A DNA stretch of 64,000 nt from Lama glama (Eukaryota): positions 24,740,001-24,804,000 of the forward strand of contig CM052817.1 of the NCBI GenBank assembly GCA_028534125.1. Reading direction: 5' to 3'. How positions within the stretch are numbered: the stretch's first letter is position 1; each line of letters opens with the position of its first letter. Positions 37,701 through 51,100 of the stretch are shown here, piece by piece. The notes beneath the pieces were generated by a model that worked only from the letters and a program-made list of their open reading frames with translations, was not told where the DNA came from and made no database searches. Made by a program: the position numbers and the translations under genes.

Positions 37701-39559
37701 TAACTAAAAAATCAATTTTATAGCCTTTATGAGGAGTCTGAGGAGAAGGCTACATCACACCTCACCCAGCTAAACTTAATCACACTCCTCCATTAACCTC
37801 ATCTGTTCTCTCTCCACACTCTTCTTCCTCCCACCCAGGTGTCTGTTTTCTATATTCACCTCCCATCAATTTTCTATTCCCATCCAATATAAGCAGCTCC
37901 GAGAAATCCCCAAGCAATTCAGTTCTTGTCCTCAGCCCGCAAAGTCCACTCAGTAGAATAAATTCCCAAATTCAGCTAAACAGCAATCAAACCTTGTCCG
38001 TTGAGCATGGTCCTTGGATGGATTCGCTCTTCTACCATATCCAATTTAGGGACATGTTCTAAAATGGTTTCATTCTGACTCAGTGTGTGGTTTCCAGAGA
38101 AATACCAAAACAACTCCTAAAGTAAAAAATTTATGTGGAAGAAGCTCTTAAATCTAACCTCAAACAGAGAGACAGCATCCAAAAGCCTATAGGATTGGAG
38201 GAGATTGTATAAAGCTCAATTATGATCACCATAAAAATTACAAAGTAAAGAAAGGGGCTTAAAGTGCAGGTGCTTAACAAGCTGAGAGGCAAAATCGAAG
38301 CCTGCCAAAAGAATACAAAAAAAGCAAAGCTCAGGGGAAAGTTTCCCTTTGAATTCTAGGCTCCCCAATGCCCAATTATCTCCTGATGTTAGACGCTGCT
38401 CACACAGAGGCTCAGCGCTCCTCAGATGTGGCAATGGTTTGTACGGACTCGCCCATTCAGTCCCCTAATTTTTCTGGGTTAAACAACAAACAGTCATCTG
38501 AAAGAGCCAGGAGTGCCCAGGGTGACTAAGAGGCAGCAGTGTCAAATGCCTATCACCTTGGCCACATTCTCATTATCCTCTGCCCACACTGAGTTCAGTA
38601 GGCAGAGAGGGAAACACCATAACTCTTGAAGCTATGGAATCTTTTAATAAACCACAGCAGGAAGGCTCTTTAATGGTTAACTAGCTAGTGGCATAAGCCA
38701 GCGATGCCCGCCAGAAAGAAGCAAAATAATAAAATAGCATTCTTCTTAAAAGAACCGTTATATTTATTTTCTAAATTTTAAAATTAATTTATTTTTATTG
38801 AAGTATTGTTGATTTATAATGTAGTGTTAGTATCAGGTGTACAGAAAAAAACAATTATATTTAAATGTTGGTGAGGGTGCATATGCAAAATGACAGCACT
38901 CCACTTTGAAAGTCTTCTGTGTCCAAGATACATTTGTTTTAAAAAATAAATACACGATTTTACCTAGTGCTGCCCTTCTAGTAAAGGCTGAGCAATCTGT
39001 ACCCTACCCCTCATTCTTTGCACTTGTACACAAATCTCTACAGCTTACCTATGTTTCCTGCCCTCCCATCATTGTATCCTCAGAAGAAAACAGGACTGAA
39101 GGCGGAGGAGTCAGAGCCAAGAGGCTTGCGGGTCAGGAAGTCAGAGAGCCAGCTAGGGCGGAAGTGGAGCTCACCAACGGCCGTCATGGCCAGAACAAGG
39201 AGCTACCCTAGGGAAGAAGCTGTATGATGGGAGGCAGGGAGAGGGTTGGAACAAACCTCACCAAGAATCACTAAGAGCCAAGGAGAATTAGGGGCCCAGA
39301 CCTAAAACCTCCACATCTCCAATTCATACCTTGCCCACCTCAGGAAATTCTGGTAATGTATTCTATCATTGCTCCTACTCCTGCACACCTCGTGTAGTAA
39401 ATAACAGACTTTGGGAGGTTTTACAGTACTCATGCATTCCTTTCTTAAAAGACTCATCAGAGGTTTCTTGATGGGAAGAGTATCAGGAACGTGGGGCCAT
39501 GATTTAAAACTGCCACAGTAGCTTTTGATACTAACTGAGTTAGTTCTGAGTCATCACTG

Positions 39560-39947
39560 AGAAATTTGACTGCCCTGAGGTTGCCAGGCTCTAAGGAAGC
39601 CAAGCCACGTGGAAAGGCCGTGTGTGTAAGCGCTGCTGTGAACAATCTTAGCTGGGCACATTCTTTAGCCATCTCAGCTCAGGCACTAGGTGCTTGAGTA
39701 GAGAAACCACTGTGAGAGTGGATCCCCCAGCCCCAGCCATTCCAACCCTCACCCATTTGATTTACCCTCAGCCATTTGAGTCACTCCAACTCAGATCCCA
39801 GACATCACAGAGAAGAGAAGAGTTGTTTCTGCCATGCCGTTTCTGAATTCCTGATCCAAGGAATCCATGGGCATAACAAAGATGGTTGTTGTTTTAACAC
39901 CCATAGCTTGGTGGGGTTTGTTACTTGGCAACAGATAACTGGAGCCA
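39560..39947 (+). mobile_element. MLT1 LTR 3' part
   Basis: aggaagccaagccacgtggaaaggcc...gaattcctgatcca..gaatccatg...ttgttacttggcaacagataactggag. Confidence 0.65.
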
Positions 39948-41971
39948 CCACTCCACATCAAGTACTTATTCTGTACCGACATCCTTACACGTATCCTCTA
40001 GGCCTTAGAGTGCTATCAGGTGAACAGTATTAAATAGATGAGAAAACTGAGGCTTAGAGAGGCAAAGATCTTATTATGGATCACATCTCTGGAAGTGATG
40101 ATGGTGGGGTTAAAGTCCGTGCTCATGCAGGTCTGAAGCCGAGGCTCTTACCAGCTTCAGGGACCAAGGGAAACCTTCTGATTGGAAGGGAGAGAGAGGT
40201 AGAGAGAAAGGCCTTTACTTCTTCCCAAATATGTGTTGATCCCTCCACCTTAATAAATATTAACAATAAGTGCTCCATTCTCTTGAACATTTCTCTTCTT
40301 AATTCTATATCTTCCCAAGGATGAGAGATGCTTACCCACTGAGAAATATCTCCATGTTCTTCATAATTTGGAGGGGGAAGAGTAACTACCTTTTCATATA
40401 GTTTTTGAAGTTACTTTCTTTGCTTGCTTGAGATCATCAAATGATCTGACTGGGCTGCTAACTAGGTTTTTGTTGGTGACCCAGATGGGAAATTCACTCT
40501 CTTTTTCTCTCTCTCAATTTCTCTCTCTCTCTGGTTTTGTTTGTTTTTACATTCTTAATCTATTTGGAGTTTCTGGGCCATGACTCCTCAGCTTCAAGGA
40601 AGGAAGGTGTTACATGGTTCACTTGGCTGGATTCAGTTTATACATCAATTTATCCTTCTGTTCACTCCCAAAAGCTTGCAGTCCCCACTCATACTAACCA
40701 CTGCAATCGCAGCCCAGAAAGTGATCAAGGAAATATCAATGTTTAAAGTTTTCAATGGGGAAAAATGAGCTGCTTCCTTCTTGTTAATTTAGCTAACGTG
40801 GGTTAGCAGGTGACAGTGTTACTTACTAAAGATATGTCGAAACTGCTTCTATAACTTGTCTTACTAAACTCATAGCAGAGAAGCCAGTGTCACAGAAATA
40901 ATTTGACAGAAATGGAATAGAGATGTCAGAGCAATTTTAGCAAGCTTAGGATATTTATTAATTCTTATCCAAAATAATTCATCTCAGTGCTTCATTAGCA
41001 GCCACTGTTAACAAGTTATCCTGTAAAAAATTGGCTAAATTTATAATATCTTTGGAGGAAATAGATTCTAGATCCAAGAATTTCAAAATGTTCTATCAAA
41101 TTCATAAGCTGTCCAGGGATATGTTTTCACAGGTGTGAAATATCTAGCCCCTACTTCATTGGTAATGAGTGTTGAGAAAAATGTCATAACAATTTATAAA
41201 AATTCTGTTATTCGGACTATCTATTCTTGCCTTTTCATTCATTTCTGTCATTAAAGAATGTTAATGGAGTATTAATATTATTAAAAATATGAAGATATCA
41301 GACAATAAAAAGGTATAGAGAGTCTTTTTTGTATCTTTAAAAAGCTGGGAAACTGATTTCTCATCTTGCAGAAACACTAAAAGTTTACTCTAAGTTTAAA
41401 CATTCTCAACAGAATTTTCCCCTCAGAAACCATCGTATCTCATGCCTTAACAGTTGTTTGTGATCAGCTTCCATGTTACAAAATAGTAAAGAGGAGGACC
41501 TCGAATTTAACACAGTAACCTCTACATAAGTCACAACTGTCCTTACACCACTTAGTACCCTGTTCAGATCAGCTGAGGTGTTTTTTACATACGTGACTTC
41601 CTTGATGAAAGAAACGGTGCAGGTCCTCAATCACGGTGACCTCTCCAAAACGGTGCTCTGTCCCTGCCGCCGTTCCATCCGAACACACTTCTCCCTAAAA
41701 GTTAAACTTCAAACCACGTTTGCTAACATTGATCACATGCTTGGATCTCATGGAGGTACCAAGAATTGCTCTAAAGGTTTCTTTCTAATTGCTCACTTCC
41801 AGTTTCTGTCCTTACCTCACAGCAGATAGGGAGGGACTGGTTCACAGGTCAGCACTGTTGCCGACAGGGTTGCTAGCAGCGCTCCTCCAATCAGTCAGTC
41901 GCGCTCGGACTGTCTTCCTCAGTGAGGTCTGGGGATCAGTAAAGCAAAGTGTGTGTTAGCAAACTAATTTT

Positions 41972-42296
41972 TTTTTCATTTCTTTTTTTTCTTTTACTTT
42001 TTTTTTTTTTTACTGAAGTGTAGTTGAAACTAACAATGTTACTTTCAGGTGTACAGAAAAGCTATTCAGTTATACATATACATACAATTTTTAAAAAATT
42101 CTTTTCCATTATAGCACATTACAAGAAATTGAATATAGCTCCCCTTGCTATACAGTAAGCCCTTGTTGTTTATCTATTTTATATTTAGTAGTATACTTCT
42201 GTTAATCCCAAACTCTTAATTTATCCCTCCCCCCGCCTTTCCTCTTTGGTAACCATAATTTGATTTCTCTGTTAGTGAGTCTATTTCTGGTTTTAA
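41972..42296 (-). mobile_element. Lineage-specific L1 3' end with TSD
   Basis: Long poly-T, L1 3' UTR, and TSD caaactaatttt at 41960-41971 and 42297-42308. Confidence 0.88.
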
Positions 42297-42699
42297 CAAA
42301 CTAATTTTAACTATTGCTACAACTCCCCACAGTTAATTAAACCTGACGTAGCCATATGGAACAGCATTTAGTGTACAGTGACATGTGAAAATATGCTGAA
42401 GATATGCTGGATCCTGAAAAAGTTCCATCTTCCTGTAACTATTGATAGGATCTTAGCTTGTTAGATAAATAACCCAGTTATTATATAATAAAAAATAATA
42501 CTATGTTATAAAACATAATGCAGCAGGAAAGAACCTGTCATTTATCAAATGATGATGGGTGTCATATTCTCCAGTTAACTTATTTTTGAAACAAAAATTA
42601 GTTTCTCAAATATTAGTGGTTACGTATTTAAATTGAAGGTGTTTTGAAGTAGGTCCTCTGAACTTGAGTCCAAAATACGGTTGTTAAAGTCTCCTCCCC

Positions 42700-43400
42700 T
42701 GCACCCCTTGTTTACTGGGTTTTAGCCACATCGGTCCCCTTTTCTCCCCCTTGGGCTCTCCAGACTCCATGCACTTGCTCTTTCCTCTATCTGCATTTCT
42801 TCTGCCATCAATTCTCCAAGATGTTGCTTCCTTCTCATCCTCAGACTCCACTGAAAAGTCCTTCTCTGGGAGGACATTGCTCAATGCCCAGTCCACAGGA
42901 TGACTCTGTCCCTCTCATGTCTCTCTCAAGCCTCTGCAAAGCATTTCTCGCTAATTATGTTTTCAGTGTCTGTCTACAGCCTCTAGAAGGGGGCCCCGAT
43001 TAGAGAACGACGTGGTCTTTCTCGTCCACTGCTACATCACCCACGGGTCACACAGGGCCTGGCCCATGGTAGGTGCTTAATAATTATTTGTTGAATGAAT
43101 GAAAGATGAATGAAGACCACGGCATGAGTCTGGAGTTTATTTCTAAGGACAGTTGGGCTCTGTGCTCAGTACAGGAGGTACAAAGATGTATGGCATGGTC
43201 CCTGCTCACTGTTTGTGTCTACTCGAAAAATGACACATGCACAAATCACTGCAAGTCACATCAGAGTAAGTTGGGTGCCATAGGAAAGCCACAAGTTAGT
43301 CTCATGGTTCAGAGGAGAAAGAAGTCACTTTTGGCTTAATAAAGAGGGTGATATTTGGGTTGAGCCTTGATAGATGAGCACAGTTTGGATGAGGAGAGAT
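42700..43400. mobile_element. L2 fragments in both orientations
   Basis: gtaggtgcttaataattatttgttgaatgaatga tail near 43070-43100, followed by antisense L2 sequence. Confidence 0.65.
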
Positions 43401-43644
43401 TTTTACAGGCAAGGCAAGAATGTCAGTGCATCCCTAACCTTAGGCTGCAAACCTGGATTCTTATATGGAGCAAGTGCAGGGACCTGCTAATATAGGAGCT
43501 TAGGTGTCTGTAAGAATAAAGCCTCACTCTGAACCCTGAAGTTCAATTTGTCTGAGACTGCTTTAGCATTATGTGTATATTCACTAAAAATATGTTAAGG
43601 TAAGTAGTGAGAAGACAGTTGCTCAGCTATTTCTGAGCAGTCTT

Positions 43645-43975
43645 ATAAGTTTCAGTTATGCAAGATGAAGAAATTCTAGAGATCTGCTGTACGACATGGT
43701 ACCTCTAGTTAATAATACGGCCTTGTGCACCATGAAATTTGTTAAGAGAATAGATCTCATGTTAGGTCTTACTACACACAAACACACACATACACATACA
43801 CATACACGCACAAAAGAAAACCCAAGGAATTTTTTGGAAGTAAGATATGTTTAGTTCCTTGATTTGGTAATGGTATCATGGGTGTTTGCATATGTCCAAA
43901 CTCATCAAAATGTTTACATTAAGTATGTAAAATTATTTGTATATCAATTACACCTTAATAAAAATTTTTTAAAGA
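43645..43975 (+). mobile_element. L1MA/MB-type 3' end with a CA repeat
   Basis: gtttcagttatgcaagatga..ttctagagatctgctgtac..gttaagagaatagatctcatgtta...caaactcatcaaa. Confidence 0.8.
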
Positions 43976-44839
43976 TTAATTAACTAATTATTAAATAAAG
44001 TATTTGAACTTGATATAAAGAAGAAATGAGAAGATTCTCAAGAAAATTGATCGGTTTTGAGAGCGATGATTTCATAAGCTACATTAATCAGCATGAACTG
44101 GAGGCAATAGCTGAGATATTCATAGTTTGGATGTTTTATTAAAAATTCAGTAGGAGAAATTTCCTTCAGGTTGAATTAGAAATTTTAATTATTCATATCA
44201 CCTGCTAATAGGAAATGTTAAGTTAAAGTTTTAGGTGTAAGAACGCAATTTAAATAACTCAAACCATTTTCATTAATCCTTAGCGTACATTTGATGGATA
44301 CTTTTTTCAAAATAATATATGTGTAAATCTGGCCCTAAAGTTTAAAAGTATTTCACATACATCGTTTGTTGAGCAAAATAGTTCTATGAGAGAGGTAGCT
44401 AAATCAGAAATTACCTCTGCTTAGAGAAACAAAACCAAAAGCCTTTAGCAGCCAAGTTACTGTGAGTCATAAGGCTGTTTAATCTCAGACCTGGAACCTG
44501 AATCCTGTTCAGAAGGGTTGTCAGTCTCTCTCTTATAGATGTGGCCCTGTGAGGGAAATGCGTAAATGTGTAAAACTCAACTGAATCCTTAGAAATATGC
44601 CAACTCTTGAAAGAAATCTAGGGTTGGAGTCACCAGTGGAAAGGACAGAAAACATGGGAAGGAGGGGGAGAATGCACCTGGCGCACCATTGTTGTACCTT
44701 TCCCCATCTCATCGCTCCTTGTTTCCCGCTTCCTCACAGCCTGTGAGCACCACTTTAACAAACTATCGCAGGCCTGTTTTGGGGATCTGAAATTAATTAT
44801 TGATTTTCCTTTCTAACTTCCCTGTTAAATCATAAGCTG

Positions 44840-45030
44840 GCATTCTCACAGTCTGGTTCATGGGCCTCCTGCATCAGAATCTCCTGGGGCTCCTGGGGAG
44901 TTTGTTAAATCCATAGAGTCCATTGCCCAAACCCAGATCTATCACACCGGATGTCTCTGGTGGGGCGCAGGAGTCTGCATGTTTAACATGCCTTCCACCT
45001 GATTCTTCAGGCCACTCAAGTTGAGGAGCA
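44840..45030. mobile_element. MER5A MITE
   Basis: gcatcagaatctcctgggg..ttgttaaa...ggagtctgcatgtttaaca...gattct..actcaagttgag. Confidence 0.7.
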
Positions 45031-46504
45031 CTCTTGCAGTCTCCTCTGTGTGCCACTCGTCTGTTTGCCTTTAAAAACCATTTATCTTTCTTTTCACAAC
45101 ATCTACATTTCCCAGTGCTTTGCCCTTAGTAGGCCGAGAATGGGCATGTGAATGAATAAGTCTTATATTAGCACTTGTGAATTTTCATTTGTAAATTTCA
45201 GTCATTTACACCATCTTGGTCAATTCTTGTATCACTTCTTTGAGGTAGGTAGGAGGGCAGGAATTACTGTCCTTGTTTCACAGAGACCAAAATAGATCCA
45301 AGATGATGGATAGTCTTTTTTTTTTCTTCTTTAGTATTTTAGAGCTTGTAAAGAGCTGGCATTTAAATCAAGATCTTCTCACTCAGAGGTTGAGATACTT
45401 TGATTCACATCTGGTGATCCTGGGCAATTTATACTGTGCATTCGTCTGAAGATCTAAAATGCTTTATTCTGAGTGTCTTATTCATCTTCATAATATAAAT
45501 ATGCATTTTTATATACATTCTTAATGAGCCACCAAGACAACATCAAACAATTCATTTTCTTTGCAATAAATCACCAGTGTCACACTGAGTGAAAACCCTG
45601 TCACTGATATGGAAATATGACCTAGAAGCTCATGGGGTGTAATTCAGCATTTCAGTACGAGTCAACACAAATTCTGCTAAGTGCTAGGTGTTGTGTTAAA
45701 TACTGGGGACACAACAACAAAATGAACAAAAGCAACTCCTGCTTTTAAGGATGGAAATTTCTGGGTGTGTCTAAGAACAGAGCCCTAGTAAGTCAGAATG
45801 CCAAGGTCTGAGAAACATGTCAGAGTCATCAAAATGGGAGATTTTAGAGATTTACTTGTGGAGGGTTTTGCAGGGTTGGCAGTGCTTGTATCTGGATGTT
45901 ACCTGGGTGAAGGACTTCAATATACTCATAATTTCCAACCGTGGCTTTACAATAGAGATAATTATTAATGTGCTTCAAATGTTTAAGCCTTGAAAATATA
46001 CATCTAACTTTAGAGGCAGATGTTGTTTAGAATTGGGTTTTTAAAACTTACTTTATAGAAACATTTTGATAGGTGATTTCCCTGTTGCCAAAGAAACCAC
46101 ACAGGAAGTCACAGACAGATGGCAATAACAGGAGCTCTAGGGAACACATAATAATATTCATGTGGCATATGGTGTGGGGCTCGTAAAAGTGGTTCTAACG
46201 TCCAGAAATGAATTAACCAGCAGTCACAGAGGAATTAAATCTTCTTTTGTGACCTTTATTGCAGCGCAGGACTCCATTTCAAATCAGCACACAATGCAGC
46301 GTGAGTAAGAGTGATCAGGAGTTAGGAAGGAAAAATGCAAAGTTAAACCAAAATGAAATGCAAATCAAGCCATCTGCAACAGAATCATAAAGCTTCAGTG
46401 GGCCAGCAGAGCTGGTGCCTAGCGCCAGCTAAGTATTCGTTTGAGGTGTCGAGATTTTATAGGAACAGAGTTGGAATTTGAACATGGGGGCAATATTTCA
46501 AGTT

Positions 46505-46835
46505 AGGGGTGAGCACACCACTGCCTATTTTGGTACTACCACCTGCAAGCTAAGAAGAGATTTTACATTTTTAAAGAGCTGGAGAAAAATCAAAAGAACA
46601 ATAATATTTCATGACACATAAAAATTATATGACATCCAAAGTTTTACTGGCGCCTCCAAGAGACTTGCAAACTTTCCAATCATTTTCCTGGACCAGAGCC
46701 ATACTCCTTTTCTAGGTATTGGCCACGGCTGCTTTGTGCTTCAATAGCAGGGTGGAGTAGTGGTGACAGAGACAGTCTGGCCTGCAAAGCCTACAATATT
46801 TACTATCTGCCCTTTACAGAATAGATGCACCTCTC
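46505..46835 (+). mobile_element. MER58B-like hAT MITE
   Basis: gctaagaa..ttttacatttttaaa..aaaatcaaaagaacaataatatttcatgacac...tggcctgcaaagcctacaatatttactatctgccctttacagaa. Confidence 0.75.
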
Positions 46836-47162
46836 TTCCAGCTCGACATCAACAACGTAAAAGTGAGAAACGGAGGCCTGCTATGTGGAGGTTTTGCCAC
46901 AGGAATAACTTTTTCGGCATTAAGGATTGTGTACTCAGACCAGGGATTTGTTGTCTTCACCTGAGTAGGATCCCAGAGCCCATGTGGTTGCTTAACTCTT
47001 GTGTAACTGTCCTCTCTGGTAGATTGTAAGCTCAGTCCAGGCGGGGCGGGGCCTGCAGTGTCCACCCTGGTATCCTGGTGCTCACATAGGTTTGTTGAGT
47101 GAAATGATCACCTTCAGAATCCTCTTTACTACCTCCAGTGTGATTTTCCTAACATTAAAAAT

Positions 47163-47920
47163 GGTTTTATCCATGTCTTGGCTATTATAAATAGTGCTGC
47201 TATGAACATTGGGGTGCATGTGTATTTTTGCATTAAGGTTCCCTCTGGTTATATGCCCGGGAGTGGGATTGTTGGATCATATAATAAGTCTAGTTTTAGT
47301 CTTTTGAGGAATCTCCATACTGTTTTCCATAATGGCTGCACCAAACTACATTTCCACCAACAGTGTAGGAGGGTTCCCTTTTCTCCACACTCTCTCCAGC
47401 ATTTATCGTTTGTGGACTTTTTAGTGATGGCCATTCTGACTGGTGTGAGGTGATACCTCATTGTAGTTTTGATTTGCTTAAATGTCCATCAACAGATGAC
47501 TGGATAAAGAAGTTGTGGCATATTTATACAATGGAATACTACTCAGCCATAAAAAATAAAATAATGCCATTTGTAGCAACATGAATGGAACTGGAGATTG
47601 TCATTCTAAGTGAAGTAAGCCAGAAAGAGAAAGAAAAATAGCATGTGATATCACTCATATGTGGAATCTTAAAAAAAAAAGACAAATGAACTTACTTACA
47701 ACCTATTTACTTATTACAAATGAGCAGAAACACTCACAGACATAGAAAAATAACTTATGGTTAGCAGAGGGGGAAGTGGGTAGGAAGGGATAAACTGGGA
47801 GTTTGAGATTTGCAGATACTAACTAATATATATAAAATAGATAAACAAGTTCATACCACATAGCACACGGAACTATATTCAATATCTTGTAACTTATGGT
47901 AAAAACAATATGAAAATGTT
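47163..47920 (+). mobile_element. Lineage-specific L1 with 5' inversion (47163-47478 antisense; 47479-47920 sense)
   Basis: The minus ORF 47249-47461 is the ORF2 C-terminus ([36 protein letters not shown]...). The adjacent plus part continues L1 from the point where the inverted part ends. Confidence 0.9.
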
Positions 47921-48287
47921 TAAATTTTCCTCTTATTCAATCCCCCAACCATCCAATTTGTCCTCCCAAATAAATACTGCTATTAGTTTCTTGGGTCTCC
48001 TTCCAGAAGAATTCTATGCAGAAATAAACACACATATAGTTTTTATTTTTACCAATGTTAGCATATTGTACATGCTGTTCTGTACCTTGTTTTTTTTTAT
48101 TTAGAGCACATTTTGAAGCTTGTTTTATTCTAAAATATAGGATGTCTATCAAGTCTAGAAACATAAGAATTATGTATTTAAAATGATAGCTTATTGATAT
48201 ATAATATATGATAAAATAACATGTCTGTTTCCAGATTTTATACCAGGAAGTATATATACTGGGATAAAAGTCTTCAATGCCTTTCAG

Positions 48288-48420
48288 GTTTTTTTTTGTT
48301 TTTATTTTTGGTAGGGGAGGTAATTAGGTTTATTTCATTTTTAGAGGAGGAACTGGGGATTGAACCCAGGACCTTCTGTCTGCTAAGCATGTGCTCTACC
48401 ACTTGAGCTATACCCTCCCC
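48288..48420 (-). mobile_element. tRNA-derived SINE, longer variant with an extra 3' module
   Basis: Reverse complement ggggagggtatagctcaagtggtagagcacatgcttagca...ggttcaatccccag, then aaataaacctaattacctcccctacc and an A-tail. Confidence 0.85.
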
Positions 48421-48599
48421 TCTATATACCTTTTAAAATTCTTCAGTAAGCTCCTTTCTCTGTTTGTTGGTGAGCCTCCTGGACCTCGTTGCCTCCCCAC
48501 TTTGGAACCTGGATAAAACACCACCTTGCAAGGCATAGGTCCCTGCTTCCTGTGTACTGCTGAGGCCATATGACATCACAATGCTACATAATTAATATT

Positions 48600-49020
48600 T
48601 TTACTCTTAAAAAAAAGCTAAACACTTTTAGGCACTTTCCCTCAGGGACTCATTTTCTGCCACGCTGATCTTTAAATTTTCACGAGCCCTCAGTATTGAA
48701 CTGCTGGTAATTCCCAAAGCTCTCTTAAACCTGCTTGCCTGTTTACACACTGTTCTCTCTCCCTGGAATGCCCTCCCACAGACCATCTGCCTGGATAACG
48801 CCTATTTGCCCTGTAGCTAGTGCTTGTGTCAAAATTGTATCCTTCATGAATCTTGCTCTAATCCCTTTCTAGCTCAGAATTTCTTTTTCCATGATCTACC
48901 TTTTTGCTAAATATGTGACCATTGTAGCAGCTATCATGTTGAATATCAATCATCTGTTGGCATTTCTTTCTCCCCTGCTCTGTAGAAAGAAAGGGGACAA
49001 GAATCGTTACTTACTTTTGT
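48600..49020 (+). mobile_element. L2 fragment
   Basis: cacactgttctctctccctggaatgccctccc...tgcctggataacgcctatt. Confidence 0.6.
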
Positions 49021-49049
49021 AATCTAAGACTATGAATAGTCAACACAGA

Positions 49050-49660
49050 GGGAGCTCTAATTCAAAAAGATATATGCACCTCAGTGTTCACAGCAGCACT
49101 ATAGACAATAGCCAAGGCATGGAAACAACCTACATGTCCACCGACAGAAGACTGGGTAAAGAAGCTGTGGTATATTTATACGATGGAATACTACTCTGCC
49201 ATACAGAGAATAAAATAATGCTATTTGCAGCAACATGGATGGACCTGGAGATTGTCATTCTAAGCGAAGTAAGCCAGAAAGAGAAAGGAAAATACTATAT
49301 GATATCACTCATATGTGGAATCCAAAAAAAGAAAGAAGACACTAATGAATTCATCTACAAAACAGAAAAAGACTCTCAGACATAGTGATAATTTTATGGT
49401 TACCTGGGGAAATGGAGTGGGAAGTGATAAATTTGGGAGTTCAAAATTTGCAAGTATTAACTATTATATATAAAAATAGATTAAAAAACAAATTTCTGTA
49501 TAACACAGGGCACTATATTCAGTATCTTGTAATAACCTTTATGAAAATGAATATATGTGTGTATATGCATGACTGGGACATTATGCTGTACACCAGAGAC
49601 TGACACATTCTGACTATACTTCAATGAAAAAAATATATATATATATAAAGAAAAAAAAGG
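49050..49660 (+). mobile_element. Lineage-specific L1 3' end
   Basis: ORF2 end (gcagcaacatggatggacctggagattgtcattctaagcgaagtaagccag), 3' UTR, tatacttcaat and an A/TA tail. Confidence 0.88.
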
Positions 49661-49819
49661 AATACAGGTAAAATGCATTTCTGATGTGGTGCCAGCAGCC
49701 TCAGCCAGAGCTGCTGTAATAGGCATAGCTAGAGCTCCTTTCATTGCAAAACTGGGAAGTCTATGGTTTCCTAAGTCTTGTTTCTTCTCTGCTTCCTCCT
49801 TTCAGTCTTTCATTGCTTG

Positions 49820-50350
49820 CTTGTTGCAGACTGTTTGTTGGCTGCCCAATAGGCAGTCACCCCACTTCTTTGTGGCTAGCAGAACATCAACCAGTGGAAA
49901 TCTATTCATCTCAGGGAGGGAGGCATCTATTCCAGGCACAGCTGATTAAATGTGTTTGAGCTAAACCATTATGCTGTTCTGTTTCTTTCTGAGAGAGTTG
50001 GATAAGAGGTGGACCTGTGAGCCTTTCTGGACCAAGATATGTAGGGGAAGTTGGTTGAGAGAGTCTGTATCTCAGATAAATGTCAGAACTTCAGGGGAAT
50101 AAAGTGTTTATACACCACCCCCACCTTCATTCTACCTTGGGAAACTGATGTGAATTCAAAATACCTGAAGCTGCAGCAGCCATCTTATGACCACAAGGTA
50201 ACGAAAACAAGAATGAGAAGCCAAGAACTGAGAATGTCCTTCTTTGGGCAGAACAAGGGTCCCTGATGATATCACGGAGCCTCAGAACAAACTGTTAAAT
50301 AAAATTAAGCGTTCTTTGCGTTTAGCTACCATTAACTGGTTTCGCTGCTA
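49820..50350 (+). mobile_element. Old MLT1 (J/K-type) LTR
   Basis: cctgaagctgcagcagccatcttatgaccacaagg...gtccctgatgatatcacggagcc. Confidence 0.5.
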
Positions 50351-50439
50351 ATTTTAGACAAAAACATTTCCAACTGATATATTTGCCTTCCTGAGTCTAC
50401 ATTCTTTCAAGCAAAACACAGCTGCCTCTTCAGAAAATA

Positions 50440-51100
50440 GTCTCTGGAGCAATGTCCAAAACTTAGCTGGACATTGGTAATTACCTGGCATCTTTAAAAT
50501 ATTCTGGTGCCTGTTTCCCGTACCCAGACATTCCCATTTAATTGGTAGAGAGTGTAACCTGGTCATCAGAAGTGATAAAAATCTCCCCAAGTGATCTAAC
50601 GTGTTGCCAAAGTTTGGCAACCACCATTCTGGAGGAAGGTGTATGGTTTCTTGATGTTACATGATGACATATAATTATTTTTCCTTTTTAAAGTACAGTT
50701 GACCTTTGAAGAAGAGGGTTGGAATTACATGGATCCACTTACACACGGGATTTTTTTCAACAGTCAAATACTACAGTAGCACACAATCCAGGGCTGATTG
50801 AATTCTTGGCTATGGAGGGACTGTGGATAAGGAAGGCCAACTATAAATTAGACTCTGATTTTTGACTGGGAGAAGGTTGACGTCTCTAACCTCCACATTT
50901 TTCAAAGTTCAACTGTCACTGCTTTTTCGGTGGTTCCCACTGTGTTGTCCAATAGAACCACCTGGAAGGCTTTTAGAATATATGTAAGCTTGGCCTCTCC
51001 CTCACAGAATCTGATCCAAATGGCCTCGAATAGGACCAGGACACGGTCTAAAACTCCCCAGATGATTCAAATGTATAAGTAATCAAGGCTGAAACCTCTG
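50440..51100. mobile_element. Two MER5-type MITEs (about 50440-50630 and 50930-51100)
   Basis: aattacctggcatcttt...ctccccaagtgatctaa..gccaaagtttggcaaccac, and accacctggaaggctttt...aaactccccagatgattc. Confidence 0.6.
50697..50916 (+). mobile_element. Tigger2-derived MITE
   Basis: Terminal inverted repeats ta|cagttgacctttgaa ... ttcaaagttcaactg. Confidence 0.75.
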
